From Clostridia bacterium (GTDB taxonomy: Bacteria; Bacillota; Clostridia; Oscillospirales; UBA644): a stretch of 64,000 nt of DNA. Made by a program: the position numbers and the translations under genes. Under the pieces are notes generated by a model. That model was not told the DNA's origin. It searched no databases and saw only the letters and a list, made by a program, of their open reading frames with translations. The stretch lies in the NCBI GenBank assembly GCA_017440085.1, contig JAFSHW010000038.1, positions 8,245 through 72,244 of the forward strand. The letters run 5' to 3'. The first letter of the stretch is position 1, and each line of letters opens with the position of its first letter. Shown piece by piece: positions 62,346 through 64,000 of the stretch.

Positions 62346-63218
62346 TTATTCTTTAAAAAAAGATTCTCCACATAACCCTAAATACTCTATTGGATCCATT
62401 GAATATTTCCAAATATTATTGCAAATAGAATACAAATGACATATGAAAGCTTTTATGTACTCAGGATAATCTATTTGTGAATTATAATTTGAATTCAACA
62501 GTAATGTTTCATTATTAGATATAACATATATTGGATAAGGAAAAACTTTTTTTTCACTTAAATCCCCATTTTCTTTTTCAAACTTCTGTTTAAAATCAAC
62601 AGATGCCTTTGAAAAATCAAGGCAGTATGCAAACACTCCATCCTTCAAGCTCAATATAACACTATGCCAATACTTTGGGTTTATATCTCCATATATTTCA
62701 TTTAAAGAAAGATCTTTAAATTGAAAATCCAACTTATTACATACTAAAAATGATCCTATAGTATTGTCTGTCTCATTCTTACTTACCTGTTCAGGAGCCC
62801 CAACATTTCGCTCTTCCAAAATTGTTTTTTTATTCTCAGCCATTTTTCGAAGGGCCTTTATAAACTCTTTTCTACTCATAGTTGATTTTATTTCACCTAT
62901 CATTTGCACAGATTCTGCAGGGAACATTTGAGCAGTATTTGAAGAAATCAGAGTAGGGATGTTTGCATCATAAACAATTACATCACATTGCGTTGTATGC
63001 TTATTATTTTGCGTTATAATGAAACCATCAGCTATACCAAATTTTTTAGGCAAAACAGTACGTAACAATTCTTTAAAAGCTCTTTCTCGATATTGTCCAT
63101 ACTCACCCATATGAAAGATTTTGCTATCATCTCTATAGATATCGCCTGCATCGTCATAGCACTGTAAAAAACTATTAATTTTCTCATCAAGTAATGTTTT
63201 ATAAATATCAGAAGCCAT
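62346..63218 (-). CDS. PD-(D/E)xK-type nuclease-fold protein (DUF6602-like, from memory)
   Basis: The motif order E(45)...D79 (QCDVIVYD)...E109-I-K111 (IGEIKS) fits the PD-(D/E)xK core. The gene is visibly AT-rich. It starts 23 nt after the methyltransferase stop. Confidence 0.55.
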   Translation of the reverse strand: MASDIYKTLLDEKINSFLQCYDDAGDIYRDDSKIFHMGEYGQYRERAFKELLRTVLPKKFGIADGFIITQNNKHTTQCDVIVYDANIPTLISSNTAQMFPAESVQMIGEIKSTMSRKEFIKALRKMAENKKTILEERNVGAPEQVSKNETDNTIGSFLVCNKLDFQFKDLSLNEIYGDINPKYWHSVILSLKDGVFAYCLDFSKASVDFKQKFEKENGDLSEKKVFPYPIYVISNNETLLLNSNYNSQIDYPEYIKAFICHLYSICNNIWKYSMDPIEYLGLCGESFFKE

Positions 63219-63241
63219 AAATTCACCTTTTCCTTTATTTT

Positions 63242-64000
63242 TTATTTAGTTAATTCCTGATACATCTTAATAAGTTCCGAAACACATTCCGCCTCCGAAT
63301 TAAGTTTACCCCAAAAGCCGTAAGCTTCCATAACTGCCTTATCGTTAAGCTGATGTGCCTTGCGAAGTTCGGGAGGCATGGTCAGTTCATCGTAAAGGTC
63401 AGCAAGTGAGCTGTCGGGATATAAAGCCCTTGCGTCAAGAATAGCCTGCGCAGTCCTTTCAATCTTTAGTTTCTGTGCTTCCGTAGGCGTAGGCCATGGG
63501 AAATTATTGTAAACAATATTAATTGAATACTGATAACTTGGTCCATAATATCCACAAGTGGCACGCATCCACGCCATGTGAACATTTGACGTTAACATTC
63601 CAAATTCATAGAGGGTAGCATTTTCAACAATACGAAGTTTATTTCCAACAACAATTTCAGGTGTCATAAAATCTATCGGTATGTATTTTCTATTACCTGA
63701 TGAAACTTCAGGTAGAGCAATATAGTTTGTCTCGGGTTGCTGATTTTCATCAAACAACATTGGAGTTTCAGCCTTTTTCCTAGTTGCTGCTTTAGAACTG
63801 TTCAGACGAAAATTTCTAACGGCTTCAATTCTTTCCATTATATATTTATTCTTACGTATATTTGAAATATTGGCACCCACTAACCACAAACAATATCTTG
63901 GCTTTCTATCTATAAAATCTTTTCCCATCATAAATTTACGAAACAAATTTTTAGTTTCAGGATATCGACTTATAAAATCCAAATATTCAGCTTCGGTATA
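63242..64000 (-). CDS. MmeI-family (type IIL-like) DNA methyltransferase / RM enzyme, C-terminal ~250 aa only (5' part outside window)
   Basis: The frame is open to base 64000. RYCLWL, NRKYIPIDF, HMAWMRATCG, IVYNNFPWP and SLADLYDELTMPPELRKAHQLNDKAVMEAY match the TRD/C-terminal blocks of MmeI-like enzymes as I recall them. Confidence 0.6.
   Translation of the reverse strand, partial: YTEAEYLDFISRYPETKNLFRKFMMGKDFIDRKPRYCLWLVGANISNIRKNKYIMERIEAVRNFRLNSSKAATRKKAETPMLFDENQQPETNYIALPEVSSGNRKYIPIDFMTPEIVVGNKLRIVENATLYEFGMLTSNVHMAWMRATCGYYGPSYQYSINIVYNNFPWPTPTEAQKLKIERTAQAILDARALYPDSSLADLYDELTMPPELRKAHQLNDKAVMEAYGFWGKLNSEAECVSELIKMYQELTK

Noticed and set aside
1-64000. Mobile elements, prophage, CRISPR arrays, rRNA and tRNA genes
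   Set aside because: Reading all ORF translations, I recognised no transposase, integrase, phage structural or Cas-like protein. I saw no regularly spaced direct repeats and no tRNA T-loop/acceptor patterns. This absence is by-eye only and should be confirmed with tRNAscan-SE, Infernal and ISfinder.

Overview
This is a 64-kb chromosomal segment from a mid-GC, Gram-positive, Clostridia-like bacterium. Supporting signs are spoVG, a barnase/barstar pair, lipobox signal peptides and many near-consensus TTGACA-17nt-TATAAT promoters. I count about 55 protein genes. By eye I found no rRNA, tRNA, CRISPR array, transposase or integrase. Housekeeping content: trpS 3' end, manA, a D-Ala-D-Ala carboxypeptidase, malic enzyme, mreB, a Sua5-CoaE fusion, an M18 aminopeptidase, purE-purF-purM-purN, yigZ, murC, spoVG, a radical SAM gene, rnc and an ACP-like gene. 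Accessory content worth attention: (1) A stand-alone adhesin of about 3,540 aa (7450-18063, minus strand) with an N-terminal VWA/MIDAS domain, about 18 tandem pilin-type isopeptide modules and a non-LPXTG C-terminal sorting signal. That signal motif, NPxT[ST]D, recurs in a second surface protein at 27818-28720. (2) A lipoprotein-type barnase with barstar. (3) An 8-gene, 12-kb single-promoter locus (44133-56158, minus strand). It has one 961-aa binding protein with CBM-like modules and two complete ABC permease pairs. An NHL/TPR protein, a Yip1-domain protein and a 970-aa lipoprotein are embedded between the pairs, and there is no ATPase gene. I consider this the best candidate for an uncharacterised multi-component system that lies wholly inside the window. 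(4) At the right edge, an AT-rich island next to the ACP-like gene. It holds an MmeI-like DNA methyltransferase (truncated by the window) and a PD-(D/E)xK (DUF6602-like) nuclease gene. The nuclease gene sits between the live methyltransferase 3' end and a decayed duplicate of that same 3' end. Smaller oddities: an in-frame TAG at codon 10 of the malic enzyme, a G10 tract forming the spacer of a promoter, a serine-less ACP, and a GntR operon with a perfect palindromic operator. All family assignments come from motif recognition and memory. No searches were run.
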